Of a stretch of 64,000 bases of DNA, positions 37,885 to 54,673 are shown one piece after another. The position numbers and the translations under genes are program-made. Each line of letters begins with the position of its first letter. Position 1 is the first letter of the stretch. The notes under the pieces were generated by a model. That model worked only from the letters and a program-made list of their open reading frames with translations, did no database searches and had not been told where the DNA came from. Origin of the DNA: Diadema antillarum (taxonomy: Eukaryota); contig NW_027272137.1 of NCBI RefSeq assembly GCF_040938485.1, forward strand, positions 1,116,001 through 1,180,000. Reading direction: 5' to 3'.

Positions 37885-38991
37885 TATGTATAGCTTTGAT
37901 GGATTTTGTGTTTCACTTACGTTGAGAGGAGTTAATAATGATATTTCTCATTTATCTTCTTGTGAATGAATGACATATCGAAGGCGTTATTATTATCATT
38001 TTTTTTTTTGGGCTGAGTAACATGTCTCATCCATTTCATTAATATCGATTTACAGTAAACGTTTTAAGATCACATGACACAGTGGAACATCTTTGCTTGT
38101 TCGTATCGTAGACAGGTGAAGCTTTAATGCAATCGATCTTTCTGTAATATCAGAGATATCAGATGAGAAAATAAGCATCATCCTCAAAGTGAGGTACACT
38201 TAATATTTAAGTTTACTTTATAGATGAAAAGGGTAAAATCAAACCAAGGAGATATTAGGCGAGCTCCTCTATCCACTCACCTCTTTGGTCAAACGAAAAG
38301 CGATTGAAATAGTACCAAGATATAAACGTATGCCAAGAACTTTCATTATTTAGCATGAGTGTAGGAAACGATGTTTTTCGTCATAATAACTCATATTGGG
38401 TGATTACATTACTTCGTTTAGGAACTCTTACTTTAATTTGCTCATGTAAATACTGAAATTTCATAGATATGATTTTTGGTATAATCAGCAAATTTGACTT
38501 TCTGCTTTAAAGGTCGTCATTGTCAAGCTTTAAGAGCTCTATTAAAACTTGGTGGTAAGATATCTACATCTCTCTAGTTTCTTTTCAAAAAGTAACTTTA
38601 GGGCAGATTGATATTTGAAAAGAATTCCAGGAAACTTGAGAGACAATTGTCGTCATCTTACTTAATTTGTATTTATTTGCGCGATTGTCACGGGAATTAC
38701 CATCTTCTTCTTTATCATAGAGAAGATTATATGCAGACTAACTTTTTGAATCCAATAACTTTCTAACTTCTGTCAGAATTTATTGAGTTTCACCGTTTTC
38801 TGTCGGTTCTTACAGTATACTTTGCCCATATGACCCCGACTAGAATGGACTATAATATAGGGTTCTGTTAACTTAGCTCTGAGAAATCATCAAGTGCTGA
38901 TTCTGTTTAACTGTCATATGATAAAAAACAAAAAAACATGGAACATGTAAGCTTCAAAGGATCAAAAAGAAATCAGATAAGAGGAACATCT

Positions 38992-39154
38992 GGGCCCCTT
39001 TTTCATAAAAAGTTGATATGATAGCAACTCTTGCTGGAATGGAAATTGTCATGGTAACGACACTAATCAAGCTTCCTGATTGGCTGTTACTCTGGGAAAT
39101 TGCCACTCCACCAAAAGTTGCTATCTTAATTACATCCTACATGAAATGGGGCCC
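38992..39154. mobile_element. PIF/Harbinger-like MITE, same family as 17389-17544
   Basis: Termini GGGCCCC..TTTCAT / ATGAAATGGGGCCC. Confidence 0.55.
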
Positions 39155-40173
39155 TTGAGTCTAGGTCCCCTCACACAGAGGAAGAAAGATTAAGGCTTTA
39201 GATACATCGTATTAATTTGATGCATCCACAATGTATGATAAAAACACAAAGGATTTTTAAATGGTTAGAAAAAGCTGGGAAAGATCATTATTCGTTGCGA
39301 GTTGTGGGAATTCAAAACTGATTAATTTAATGTTGCCAAATGTACTGACCCATCTGAATAGCAATCATTCTGTCAACGAACAACTTTGATTACGATTGAA
39401 CAGTTCTATAAGGAGGCAATTTCCTCGTCTTGCCGTTGGTGGACTCACTATCCTCGTATATCATGTCATTCGCTCTTTTCATCACTGACACAATTTAAAT
39501 TCACAATTCATATTAAGAAAATTTAAAGACAATACCATTGGTCCTATGTATTCAGCCTTACAGGAAGGAGGTGACGGGTGTTAGTAACGTCAATACCCAT
39601 GCATATACAATTGTACCACCATACTACATTTCAATATATCTTCAAACGTGTGTATCAAATAGGAAGTCAACTTTCTCTCTTTTGGGAGTATTGCTAGATG
39701 TTACATTCATAATCATACCGACACCAAAAATGGTTGTAATGCATGTATAATACAAAGCTAATGTGCCTGAAGAGAGGATCTTGACACCACGTACGTTCCT
39801 TCAAATTCAAGCGGTCATTTCTTTCCAAACTATAGTGGGTCATCATTCTGTTGGTTTAAGAGGACAGGGTAATAGTATGACACCAAATAACATAAATAAT
39901 GTGGCTATTCTCCTGCGACCCCAAGCCATGAGTCATAGCATGAAGACACGTCATGTCAGGACACACCACACACTGCAATTTAACATGCAGCAATTTGTCT
40001 CATGTTAATACCAGAAATAACCCTAATGGAATCATACTTCATTCCACATTCATTATCTGGAATATACTTCCTAAAATAATGTACGATATCACACACCTGG
40101 GTCTCAAGATTCAAATTAATACTAAAATATAGAGTCATACAACGATTGCAGCTACTTTGGCTCAATGTTTGTT

Positions 40174-43100
40174 TCAGACTGGAATCGTTGTGTTGCAGCT
40201 ACCGTGGTAAACATGAATTTTACCATCGCAATTAAAGTACGATTCAAATACATCAGGATATTTTTGGTACATATTTCGACAGAGGTGTCTGTTCCACGAA
40301 CATGGCAGAACATAAAAAAGGTTCTCCTTTTCATTGCCTACAAGCGAGTAAAAGTCTTGATCTCCAAGTTGTCCCATGAAAGAATACTTTTTGGTTAAAG
40401 CGGTAGCAACCCGAGGATCAAGAAATACATTGTAGATTTTGCTGCTTCTCATTCGGTCGATATTCAAAAGCAATACTCCACTGTTGAAACCTGGAAACCC
40501 CTGGGAGGGCGGCGAACCCACGCGGGTGTTGGGCTGACTCAGTCGATATACGCTGAAGGCATCCCGATACGTAGGCTGCTGGTCGTACGCAAGACCCATC
40601 ACATTCTCTTCACCGAAATTGTCAAAGTGAGCGAAAAGTCCTTCGATGTCGGACAGAAATTTGAGGTCCGTATCGAGCATGATGATGCGGTGAACGAAGT
40701 CGGGAAGGATGTTCTTATGGATGCCAACAGAGAGGAAGAAAATTGACTGGTTGTAGTAGCCCTTCGTATTCCCACTGACAATGCGCTGAACTACGGAGAC
40801 GTAAGGAGCTAGCTGGGCGGCAAGTGATTGCTGGTCTAGGAAATCGTACTGCGGAAAATAAATGGGCATAAAGTAACTTTATAGTCAGCATTGCAACTTC
40901 ATTTCATGATTCGGAAATGCTCTGATTTAAGTAAACGTAAACGATTTAATTTCTTTATCACGTCGGCTTAAAAACCATGCGGTTGGATACAGCAATATAT
41001 GATTTCACCATGAAGTAATCAGGGGAAGTTTGGTCGATATGCAGATATGAAACTTATCAAGAACAACGTTTAGACAAAATTCTTTGACCTGAACTCTTGA
41101 CCTTGATGTTTAATCGTCTTGCAAAGAGGAATATTTCCCAAATTTCGTCCCAGCTGAATTTTCCCCAATTAAGTTATAGCTGGACATTACATTTTTAGCC
41201 AATTGAGTAGAGTGCCCTGCGACTTTAGACTTTTAATGATTTTGCTTAAAATCGATGCTTGATAGAGATAGAGTAATAGTGGTGACTATTGACACTCACT
41301 AGCAGGGGCGGATCCAGGAATTCCGTAAAGGGGGGGGGGGGGGGCAAACAATATTTTTTGTGCTGCTTCTGAGTTTGATCTCGTTTTTTCCTGTTTTTTT
41401 AAAACAACAAATAAAGAGGGGGTGCGCGCCCGTTGCCCCCCTCACCCCCCCCCCCCTCCCGATCCGCCACTCCGCCAGGATGTAATCTGAGCCTTATTCA
41501 ATAAATATCGATGGGTGAGAATCATCATGTTCGCTGCTTTGTGTCCTGTATTGTAAAGTGCTTTTGACGTTCTACATCATTTCATGTTGAATATATTTGT
41601 ACGCCTGAACATGTTTGCATGTATCCATAATGATTTATTATCGAGGACTACACGTGTCTCGTCGACTGTTACTGTTTCTAAACTCTCATCTTGAAAGGTT
41701 AATATTTCGAGGGGGTCGGACTTGTTCTCAAATCTCCCTTATAAAGTAAAGATCTCATTAAGTGCATTTCCAAGAATTTTAGAAAACAAGAGCTGACATC
41801 AATACGTAAACAGATGCAACTGTAATGCTCGGCAATCATAGGGATTCTCGAACACAATGCCTCAACTCTGGAGGCCTTCGACTTCTCTCCCCTTTAAAGG
41901 TAATCCATACAGGAAGAGAGTGTATCGTACACGGAGATTTCAAATAATAACGAGATTAAGTCGTCTTAATTAACCAGTATATCATAATGGCATTGCGTCT
42001 CCTCTCAGTATTAAAAACTTTGGACATTTTTCAATAACATCAAGAATGAGATGCTAACCCTTTTATATACGGTCAATAAAACGAAATGAAAGAAAATAAC
42101 TCATTCTACTTTTATTTTAGAAATAATGTTAGTATACTGAATAACCTCAGACCTAAATCCTGCCAGCCTTGTATTTTGATATATAGGCTCTCCCTCCCCC
42201 TCTCTCTAAGCTGTCAAGACGCCCACGTTATCCAGTGTCTATTATGATGAGACATTTTATGGCTCCAATTGTTAATCGAAAGAATGTCGAAGAATGTGAT
42301 ATCGATAACGTTAGAAATGTCAACAACTTTAAATACGAAATAAAGAAGTCTATCTCGCTTGGGCTCCCCATCTGTTTTGTTTTGCTCTTAAATGCTTTCT
42401 TTTTCAGCAGGAGCATGGCAGTCTTATGCGTCTTTCAAATCCATTATATTCTTATCTGGTTGTGTAAGAATTGACTGAACAGATTGTATTACAATAACAC
42501 TACGTTGGAGACTGCAGCAGCCCCTCCTTTTGCTCACAAACGATTTCGCGTTATTTTATTTTCCATTCTCCCACGTCTTGAATTCAAAAAGGCCGCCCTC
42601 TTTCCATTGCATGTGGTAGAGATCATTGCTATGTTAACGTGTACTTCATGAAACATTGTTATGGAGTGACTATATACAAATGCCGCGGAATGGGAAAGGG
42701 GTACCTGACCCCCTCCCCCACACTTAATTCCAGGCGAATAACATTAGAATCATTCTATTTTTGCCAATGTGTGTGTGGTTCTTTTTGTTCTTTTTTTTTT
42801 ACACGCGTTTGCCTCCACCAGTATTCAATTTCTCCTCATTAATCGCGAATGCCACACAAAGGTTTCATGAATACACAAATGGAAAATCTGTATTCCCATC
42901 ACGAGGATGTTTTCTTCCCTATTATAGATTACTGTCAATCTATTACAATGAACATAGTTTGAGTGGCTATAATAAACGTGATTTTCTCCTGCTATACCTT
43001 CACACCCGACAAGACAATAACAGATTTAGATCAATATTCCAATCCTGTCTCAGTTGAGTCTGTCTTCTCATCGTTGGAGAAGGAATCAGTAGAACAGACA

Positions 43101-45444
43101 AACATTGAGAGATATTTCGACCACAGCCATGCAGTCTGGACATTTTGATGCAAATCGCAAGTCTTCGTCTTTCTTTCGTCGGGCCTGTGAATTGACGGAT
43201 ATACGGTCAAAGAATAACCTTTGTTTGGCCTATTTTTTGAACCAAGGAGCTAATCCCACACACTTATTCTGGACCCGTAAGTCTGACGTATAATCTCCTT
43301 TCTTGTCCCAAAATATTTACCAGCAAAGACTGGTAGTGCAGCTTATAAAAGAACAGGCAACCAATGCTAATGATATTGCTAGTTAGTCCTTTCTTACTCT
43401 CACGCTCCTTCATGAGAGCATGGGATAACGAGAGTAGAAGGCGTCTTGTTATTGATAATTTATCTTATGAGGGATGATGTTGGTGCAGATAGTGTCAGAG
43501 CTGCCCATCGCGAAAAAGATTATCTACGTTATCCTGTGGCGATAGTATGACCTGGCAGAGATAGCAAGAACTGCATCTCATTCTTTGAAAACATTTTTTT
43601 TTCTTTCTAACTGTCCACCAATAACAAGGATTTGTAAAGATTTTAAACTACAACAACCAAAACCCTTCTTTATACCTGCAGAATGGGTTTGTATCTGCTA
43701 ATGTCGGAACAAGTTTTAAAGGGATGGTATATTATTTGCTGAGGTGGGGATTCAGCTTTTAATCTTTTGCGTGATACTCAGAAACCGTTTTATGAAATGT
43801 TGTATAGAGCATGCAACTCTAAGAGGAATCAAAAGTTTATTTGATTACAAATGGTTTTGAAATGGCTGAGACATCCAAACACAAGATAAAACAAAGCGAT
43901 CCTCACCTTTCATTAGGATCACTTTATTTGGATGTCTCCGCCATTTCAAAAAAAAAAATCATCAAATAAACTTGAATTCCTATAAAAAGTATATGCTCTT
44001 TAATATTTTATAAGAATATATAAGTCTCTCATTATCTCAAAAAGAATCATTATCAAAAAACGTTGGAAACTTAAAGCCCCATCTCAACGAAACTGGAGTG
44101 ATACCATCCCTTTAAACGTGCTGTAGTAATTGACACAGGAAGTATAACTTAATTTCATCCAGGTTTAGAATATAAATCTAGTAAATTGCCAAAAATTCGA
44201 AAAATATCTCGTGTACGATGTGAATAGAGTGTCTGTGTACGTGGCGTGCAAATAGAGAGCACATGACGTCAACTCAGGGGAATACGGCTCTGAGCCATAT
44301 AAACTGTCACGCTATTCTAACAAACTTCCGAGCAATTAACCTTGACTTGAACATCTCCACAAAGGGAGACTTCAGATATTGGAAACAGAAAATGTTATCA
44401 ACAACGAGATTGCTTGGTGACGCCCCATCCCCTCCTAAATATAATCTTAAACACAAACTTTGTAGTCACATGTCTTTCCAGCAAAACTGTAGTATATAGG
44501 GCATAGAGTAACATTACATGATCTCTTTCTTTCATTCTGATCTCTCTCCCTCCCCTCTCTCTTTTTTTCTCTTTTTGTATAGATATTTCTGATTTTACGT
44601 ATATGTCATATCCATCTTTCTATTCATCGATATCGAAGTTTTACAATAATCTGACATCAAATACCTCTGAATGTTGGGCATGTTTGGTTCTCTAACGCAG
44701 TCACATTGTTTAGGGCCTATAATACATACACTACATGTTTTGACACAACATGTGTCGTTCTGTTGTGANNNNNNNNNNNNNNNNNNNNNNNNNNNNNNNN
44801 NNNNNNNNNNNNNNNNNNNNNNNNNNNNNNNNNNNNNNNNNNNNNNNNNNNNNNNNNNNNNNNNNNNNNNNNNNNNNNNNNNNNNNNNNNNNNNNNNNAA
44901 ACAAACTTACCCGAATTTGTATTCTGGAGCCAAATCTGTACTCAAAATCACGCATGGCGCCCTTCAAATATCTTTTACTTGGCTCGTCTACGACGAAATA
45001 GAAATGAAGTGGAATTGTTGATTTATCGAGTATAGACTGCATGCAAGCCTCAAATCGCTGTTTGTGATATTGCATCTTATCTACACTGGTCAACGGTATC
45101 AAGACGTAGTTGAACCTTGACGAATCACTATCGCTTGACGGCGGTAATATCGATCGCTGTAAAACGTCGTCTGCTCCAGATGTCGAGTCGAAGAGCTTTC
45201 CACGTAAACCAAGATAGTCCGAAAAGCGTCGGTAGCGATATTTGATGCTGGCTTTTTGCTCTTCCTCCAAACTCGGGCCTACGACCGCCATCAGGTAGCC
45301 GATCCAGAAGCACACGAGAAGTATGAACATGCTGCGGACTATGGCCCACATTTTGCCCGAGTTCGACGGTGTCCGGTCGATGGTGGGTCGTGGGGAGGCT
45401 GGTGTCTCGAGTGGCATAAATCGAATTGTTTGCGATTTCGACAT
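40174..45444 (-). CDS. XXYLT1: Xyloside xylosyltransferase 1-like (GT8 family, type II membrane protein), about 402 aa
   Basis: Exon 1 45444-44911 has an N-terminal TM segment (MWAIVRSMFILLVCFWIGYLMAVV) and ends CGG|GTAAGT. Exon 2 40848-40174 follows TTTCCGCAG|TAC. Motifs SIFFLSV, DTDLKF (DxD), PGFNSGVLLLN, LGDQDF, CSWNR and YHGSCNT match XXYLT1. The choice of start codon is inferred; strict orthology is uncertain. Confidence 0.85.
41303..41471. mobile_element. Short hAT-like MITE (CAGGGGCGGATCC family)
   Basis: CAGGGGCGGATCC at the left end, GATCCGCCACT at the right end, with poly-G/poly-C inner arms. Confidence 0.55.
43720..44111. mobile_element. Kolobok-like MITE
   Basis: TTAA|AGGGATGGTA ... 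TACCATCCCT|TTAA; inner arms are inverted. Confidence 0.8.
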
Positions 45445-46210
45445 CCTTCATATGAACAGCACGTCCAGAAGTCTCATGAATCATCTAGCAAATTAGACAA
45501 CTTTGGTTGGATTTTTCCTCTGAAATACTCAAAACGAGAGCGTCTTCGTCTGATTTTTGTACACGCGATACTTGTCGATTACACTGATTATTTGTGTTCG
45601 TCTTCTCATGAACATAGATTAGAATGACGTCCAATGAGATAACACTTTATCGCTTTTGTCTTAGAAAATATAGAATTCTTTGGTGCTCCAAACAAAAAGT
45701 ACTCCACTTTTATGATATAAATTGTTATAAAGAACTGTTAGTTTTCCATACTGAAACATATCTCACAAAACCCTCGGAATGGAAGACATAATGACTGGAC
45801 CTCGAGAAACGAAGATAGCCCGAAGTCCTAAAACGTCCTCTTAGCTAGATAGGAGTGGGCAAATAGAACTGTTTCCCATAATGATTTGAAATGATTTCCG
45901 CAGCCCATTGATATAAGTCTGTTCCTCAAAGAAACACTTCGCAAAGTAATCTGGCTGTCTTCCTGAAGAATAGACAGTCCACCTGTCAGCCGATCAGGTG
46001 TCTTTGTGTTCACGCCCTGCGAGCCTGCCTCTCATCTCACTCAGCCGTGGAGAGAGCAGCGACTCGTATACCGACACTCAATAACTATTACACCCCACAG
46101 ACGCCCCTACACGACTATTACGAGCCTTAGGATTTTACGTGTGAATAATTTTAGCGCCACCTCAGTCTATGATCACAGAAGACCCACGGGTGTCGCGCTC
46201 ACCTGAGGAG

Positions 46211-46382
46211 GTAGTCTGGTTTCCAGACCCTTTGCCAACTGGACTCCGCGGCGACGAAGTCGCCGCCCCGCGACGAAGTCGCCGCCTTTGCCGAAGGCGC
46301 GACAAAATCAACTTAAACGTTGAGGGCGTCAATATCATGAATAGCGAAATAGTATGGGCAGAGGGTCTGGAAGCCAGACTAC
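46211..46382. mobile_element. Short MITE with 21-bp TIRs
   Basis: GTAGTCTGGTTTCCAGACCCT / AGGGTCTGGAAGCCAGACTAC. Confidence 0.6.
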
Positions 46383-49300
46383 CGAGGAGGAGGTTGTGGT
46401 GCTCACCCGAGAAGACGCACATTGCCTTCATGGCACTCCGTTTAAGACTATCAGAAAAAGAAAAAGAAGAAAAGACTGAGGGAAATAGAAGAAAGGAGAT
46501 TCGGGAATTGCTGCTGGCCATTTGACAACATTTTATTCATTTGGAGTAAGCCCTATGAATGTGTGCCCCGTTTTTGGGACTCCTTTGTAGCACCACAACC
46601 ACAGTATAGCCAGGGAAGTGAAACCTCCCTGGTATAGCTAAAAACTACTATTCCTACTAATTTTGGTAAAACTCCAGCCACTATACAGGGCCAGCGTTTC
46701 GTTTGTAAAAGTGAGGGGCCTAGTTTATGGGAACAAGAACGTTAGTTCATGTTGAAGGTGGAGGGGAGAGACATTTTGGATGACAGTTCTAATTGTGTCC
46801 CAAAATCGGCTGCCAAACGAAANNNNNNNNNNNNNNNNNNNNNNNNNNNNNNNNNNNNNNNNNNNNNNNNNNNNNNNNNNNNNNNNNNNNNNNNNNNNNN
46901 NNNNNNNNNNNNNNNNNNNNNNNNNNNNNNNNNNNNNNNNNNNNNNNNNNNNNNNNNNNNNNNNNNNNNNNNNNNNNNNNNNNNNNNNNNNNNNNNNNNN
47001 NNNNNNNNNNNNNGTTACTGGAGTTATTCGGCTTGGGTGAGCAGATAAAAGGAGACATGTCATTGTTAAATCCTATGTGTGTTTTGAGTCTTGATTTTCA
47101 CAAGAAAACCCCATAGTATTGCATGCACTCCAAAGTCCCTTCATGGCACTGAATGGATTGAGCTACATCATATCTTTTTACCGACGTTTTCTGTTGAATA
47201 ACCAGTGACGTTGGTTGTTTTTGATATTTTGGTATAACTTAACGAATACATACACACACGCACACGCACACACACTCACACACCCACACACACACACATA
47301 TACACTTATGACATGAGATTAATATGGATATCGCAGGATGCCAGATATAATATGCCATACATGTATATTGCGTGTATCATTTTAGTGGACACCTGCNNNN
47401 NNNNNNNNNNNNNNNNNNNNNNNNNNNNNNNNNNNNNNNNNNNNNNNNNNNNNNNNNNNNNNNNNNNNNNNNNNNNNNNNNNNNNNNNNNNNNNNNNNNN
47501 NNNNNNNNNNNNNNNNNNNNNNNNNNNNNNNNNNNNNNNNNNNNNNNNNNNNNNNNNNNNNNNNNNNNNNNAGGAAATGTGGCTCGCAGACCAGAAAAAG
47601 ACGTCAATTTTTACTTTAATAAGAGTCAGACAATCTGAAACTCAGTATGCACCAACTGACAGATTTTGTGGAGAGTGAATTAACAGATTACAAAATGACA
47701 TTCCTTCAACGTTTACATCACAAAATCTTTATTAAAATGTCAACTTACAAATCATTACTTTTTCTTCATACACTTTTTACAATCAATGCCAGTTTCTCTT
47801 CTTCACATTCAGAAATCACGGAAATGAAAGAGACGCACACGAAGACGACAACTACAAGAACATTGAACAATCGTAAATAATGACAATAATATTGACATTT
47901 ATGACTTTTATAAGCTTACATTCCTTATCAACACTATCTACATACTTTGAAACTGAATGAGGCGAGACTGTACACGTATATTGTAACATGGTATTACCAT
48001 AGATAGATTTAATTTCAATACTTGTTATCTGTTGTTTGCGTGCTGTTGATATAACCCTGTAAAGACAAGATTATACCCCTTGTCTATACCTACAAATCCT
48101 TTGACTCTACCCCACCTACCGTATCATAACCCATTACAACTCTTACACCACTCTATCACAGATTCCTTTTTATCTCTGACCGGTTCCGAAATGCGACTTA
48201 AGAACCCTTTCTCATTGTTACCTTTCGTAGATTACATAGATCATGTACATCGAATCAAGGCTTCATCTGATTTCGGTAATTTGAAATTTCATTTCGTATT
48301 TGACTTCTACTGATGTGAATAGGTTTTCATGTCACATTTATAAGAATTGGTATAAAATATTTATGAATCATTTTATGATTTTAATTCTTTTGTGCACCCT
48401 CTGAGCTCCATCCCTCAATCTTCCTCGACTTTCGTATTGTCATCAACAGAAAGTCAGCTGAAGGAAGCAGAGTACTAAATGTGCGCATGATTGCCATAAC
48501 CAGGTGCACTATAGCTCACAATACAGCCAATGATGATAAGACGAGTTTAAACAATGCAATTCTACCCCCTCTTTTGCCTTACAAAATAAATCGTTTTGAT
48601 ATTTTTTTTCCATACAGCATTGACTTTCAGTCTATCTGCGGACGGTCTATCTTGTCATTTAACATGAGTTTGTACAATTTGCTACAGACACGTGCATGGC
48701 GTTAGGCATTGCGATGCTTATTGCAACTGACATAACTGTTTAATTACAACTTGACATGGAGAAAGTGACGGAAGTTTTGCCTTTTTTTGTGGGAAAAATG
48801 AGCGAACGTAGAAACTTGGAGAAAACAAAATGCGTAGTTTGTATTGGGACCCAACAGTTCTAGAATTGGTGATTTTGGACCTACTCCCATCAGCAGAAGT
48901 CGAGATGTAATCCACCTAGAGTCGGTCAATTTTCTGTCCGTCGAGACAAATCAAAGCAGGGTTCGCCTATAATTTTCACTTGCGTCAAGGAAGGAAAATA
49001 TAGATAAGAAAACTCTAAAACTTCCTATTTTTCAATTGTTAAATAGTTTCCTTCATTTACACATTGGAAAGCAAGAGAAATCATAAGAAACAAACAAATT
49101 ACTAATACAACTACACACCAAAAATCTACAAACTACTAGAAAAAAAATGAGGCAGATACGGTTATCATAGTACAAAACTGAGAAGCATGAAGCAAAATCA
49201 ACCAAAGCCAACTGCGTCTACGAAAGTGAAGTGACACGGATAGAGGATAGAATTAAATTCAAAATATCAGAAAGTGTGGCTCATGTGTCTTAATGGAAGA

Positions 49301-49591
49301 TAAGATTTTATCCATGGGGGTCACATCTGAGAAATAGCGACCTATTCACGACAGGACATTAGTGTTCAGTCAAGGGGGTGGAAAAAAGAGCTTCGATTCC
49401 AAACATGAGTAAATTCATCACCTAAAGCATTGGACCCTGGAGTGAAAATACCTGGACACATTTATGAATTTTAGTTTTACTGGATGAGTAGCCCATGTCT
49501 TTGTCGGAAACCAGTTATATGCTATCACAACTGACTGTTGAATCTTTGCTGTTCGGTAGTCACGACACACACCATGTAGTAAGTGAGTGGC

Positions 49592-52693
<3,102 letters not shown>

Positions 52694-53114
52694 TCAAGTC
52701 GAGTATTGAGGGAGAGTATAGGAGAGCTGAAAGCTGTTCCCGACGTATCCTGCTTTTCGAAATGATTTTCCCACGAGACGGATGCAAACCAGATAAAGAG
52801 ACATGCGCACCTTCACTGATGAGGTAATAAAACCAGTTTGTTCATAGCTCGTGTTCACGTTGGTACCAATATCCTTTCATTTTTTTCAGTTGGGTTGGCA
52901 CTTTACTGGTTTTCAAAGCGACATAATGTAGAAGATTGCCTGACGTAACAATTTATGGAATTCATGCTCAAACAAAGAATTAACATACGTCGTCGATCAG
53001 GTGACTAGAATTGCCCGTCAATTAACACTTAGGGAGGCATTCATTATTGCTGTACATTGAACACATGAACAAACTTTTTTTGTTCGGTATTATACCGAAC
53101 ACCTGAGGCTTTTA

Positions 53115-53561
53115 GGCTGCGTTCACATAGAAGTATTCGGTATTCGGTATTCGGTATTCGGTATTCGCTATTCGCTATTCGGGCACCGAATACACCATCA
53201 CCCGCACCGTCAACTCACCATCCCATGCAGTGAGGATTTCTTCCTCCTACATCCCAGCAAATCTTATTAACAATTTCTAAACTGCATCAGAATGTCAGTC
53301 TACATGCTTATTTTTGCTAAAGGGCAAATCCAGACCAAAATTGTCATTATTTCATAAACGAGAGACGGTATACGCTGCAAGAAAATCGAACAAGCTCGAT
53401 TCCCACTTTGCTATACTATTCGCAGCTATTCGGTACTTTCGAATAGTGCCCTCCTATGTGAACCGGTGTGAGGAAATCCTATTGTTCGATTCAAGCTATT
53501 CGCGTGCCCTCGAAAACTAGCCCCGAATACCCGAATAGTATACTTCTATGTGAACGCAGCC
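53115..53561 (-). mobile_element. Family-A PIF/Harbinger-like MITE, copy A1 (inverted)
   Basis: TIRs GGCTGCGTTCACATAGAAGTA / TACTTCTATGTGAACGCAGCC; heptamer array at one end; flanks TTA / TAA. Confidence 0.9.
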
Positions 53562-53565
53562 TAAA

Positions 53566-54135
53566 GGCCGTGTCACACCATTCCGGGCAAGCTACGCGGG
53601 CTTGTGGCGAGGAGGTAGTTTCCAGCACATAGAAGATTTTCAGCGGACGAACAAGAATGCTTGCAATTTTCATTCATGCCTTGTCATACCGTACGGGGGA
53701 AGTTTTGCGGCTTGACTTGCGGGGTAACAAATTTACTCCCCGGAGCTCTCCGCAGTTGGTCCGCACCTGACAGTATCTAGCGCGTAGTTGCCCGGAGGTG
53801 CTCACGCAAGTCCGATTTAACCGCAGCCAAGTTTTGAGCATGACCAAAACTTTTTCCGGGTGAGTCGCGGGAATGCCCGTATAGAGGTCCACGCAGAACG
53901 CCAGTATAGGAGGCCCTTAGCGGCAGCATTTCCCAGGCAACTCCCACGCAGGTACTTCGCAGTCCCGTATCAGGGGCGTCACCAGCTTTTTTTCAAGGGG
54001 GGTGCGTTTTGACACTAAATGTTTACGAGATTTTTTTGACAGACATTTGGAATATAGGAAGCTCTCAATCCCTAGACTTTTACTGTTTTTTGAGGGAAAC
54101 CAAGCGGGGAAGGGGCACCGGCGTAGCTAGGATTT

Positions 54136-54170
<35 letters not shown>

Positions 54171-54500
54171 GATCTGAAGGGGGGTGCGTTCGCACCCAAC
54201 GCACCCCCCCCCCCCCCCCCTGGTGACGCCCATGCGTATACAGCCAAGATAATGAAATTCTGTGGGATTTCAGCCATTCCATTAGAGGAATTCCTTCACT
54301 GAGTTGTCAGCCCCCACGCGACTGGTACAAAGGTCACACAGTATACTCGCAAGTATAATTTAAGTAGAACGCGTCCAGCAAGTAAGACACACGCGTTGAC
54401 TCGCTCAAATCCTTTTCCGCCTTCAGGAATGTCCGGTATGCTAGAAAATCCCTACACGTAACAAGCCCGAGTAGCTTGCCCGGAAAGGTGTGACAGGGCC
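53566..54500. mobile_element. Family-B Harbinger-like MITE with a nested hAT-like MITE (53971-54234)
   Basis: ~40-bp TIRs GGCCGTGTCACACCATTCCGGGCAAGCTAC / GTAGCTTGCCCGGAAAGGTGTGACAGGGCC. The nested element has CAGGGGCGTCACCAG / CTGGTGACGCCCATG ends. Confidence 0.75.
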
Positions 54501-54503
54501 TAA

Positions 54504-54669
54504 ACACGGTTGCGGGTAAAAAAAATATGCGTGCGCACCTCCGGGCGACTACGGTTGAGATACATGCTAGGTACTGTCATGTGCGGATCATCTACGGGGA
54601 CCTCCGGGTAGTCAAAATTGTTCTTTGCAAATCGCACGCAAGGCTTGCCCTGAAAGGTGTGACACGGCC
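54504..54669. mobile_element. Family-B-related half element
   Basis: Ends GGTGTGACACGGCC; the interior is a diverged inverted copy of 53566-53810. Confidence 0.6.
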
Positions 54670-54673
54670 TTAA

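Noticed and set aside
46162-46525. Overlapping 118-119 aa ORFs on both strands
   Set aside because: Largely explained by a GC-rich MITE (46211-46382); no recognisable domain.
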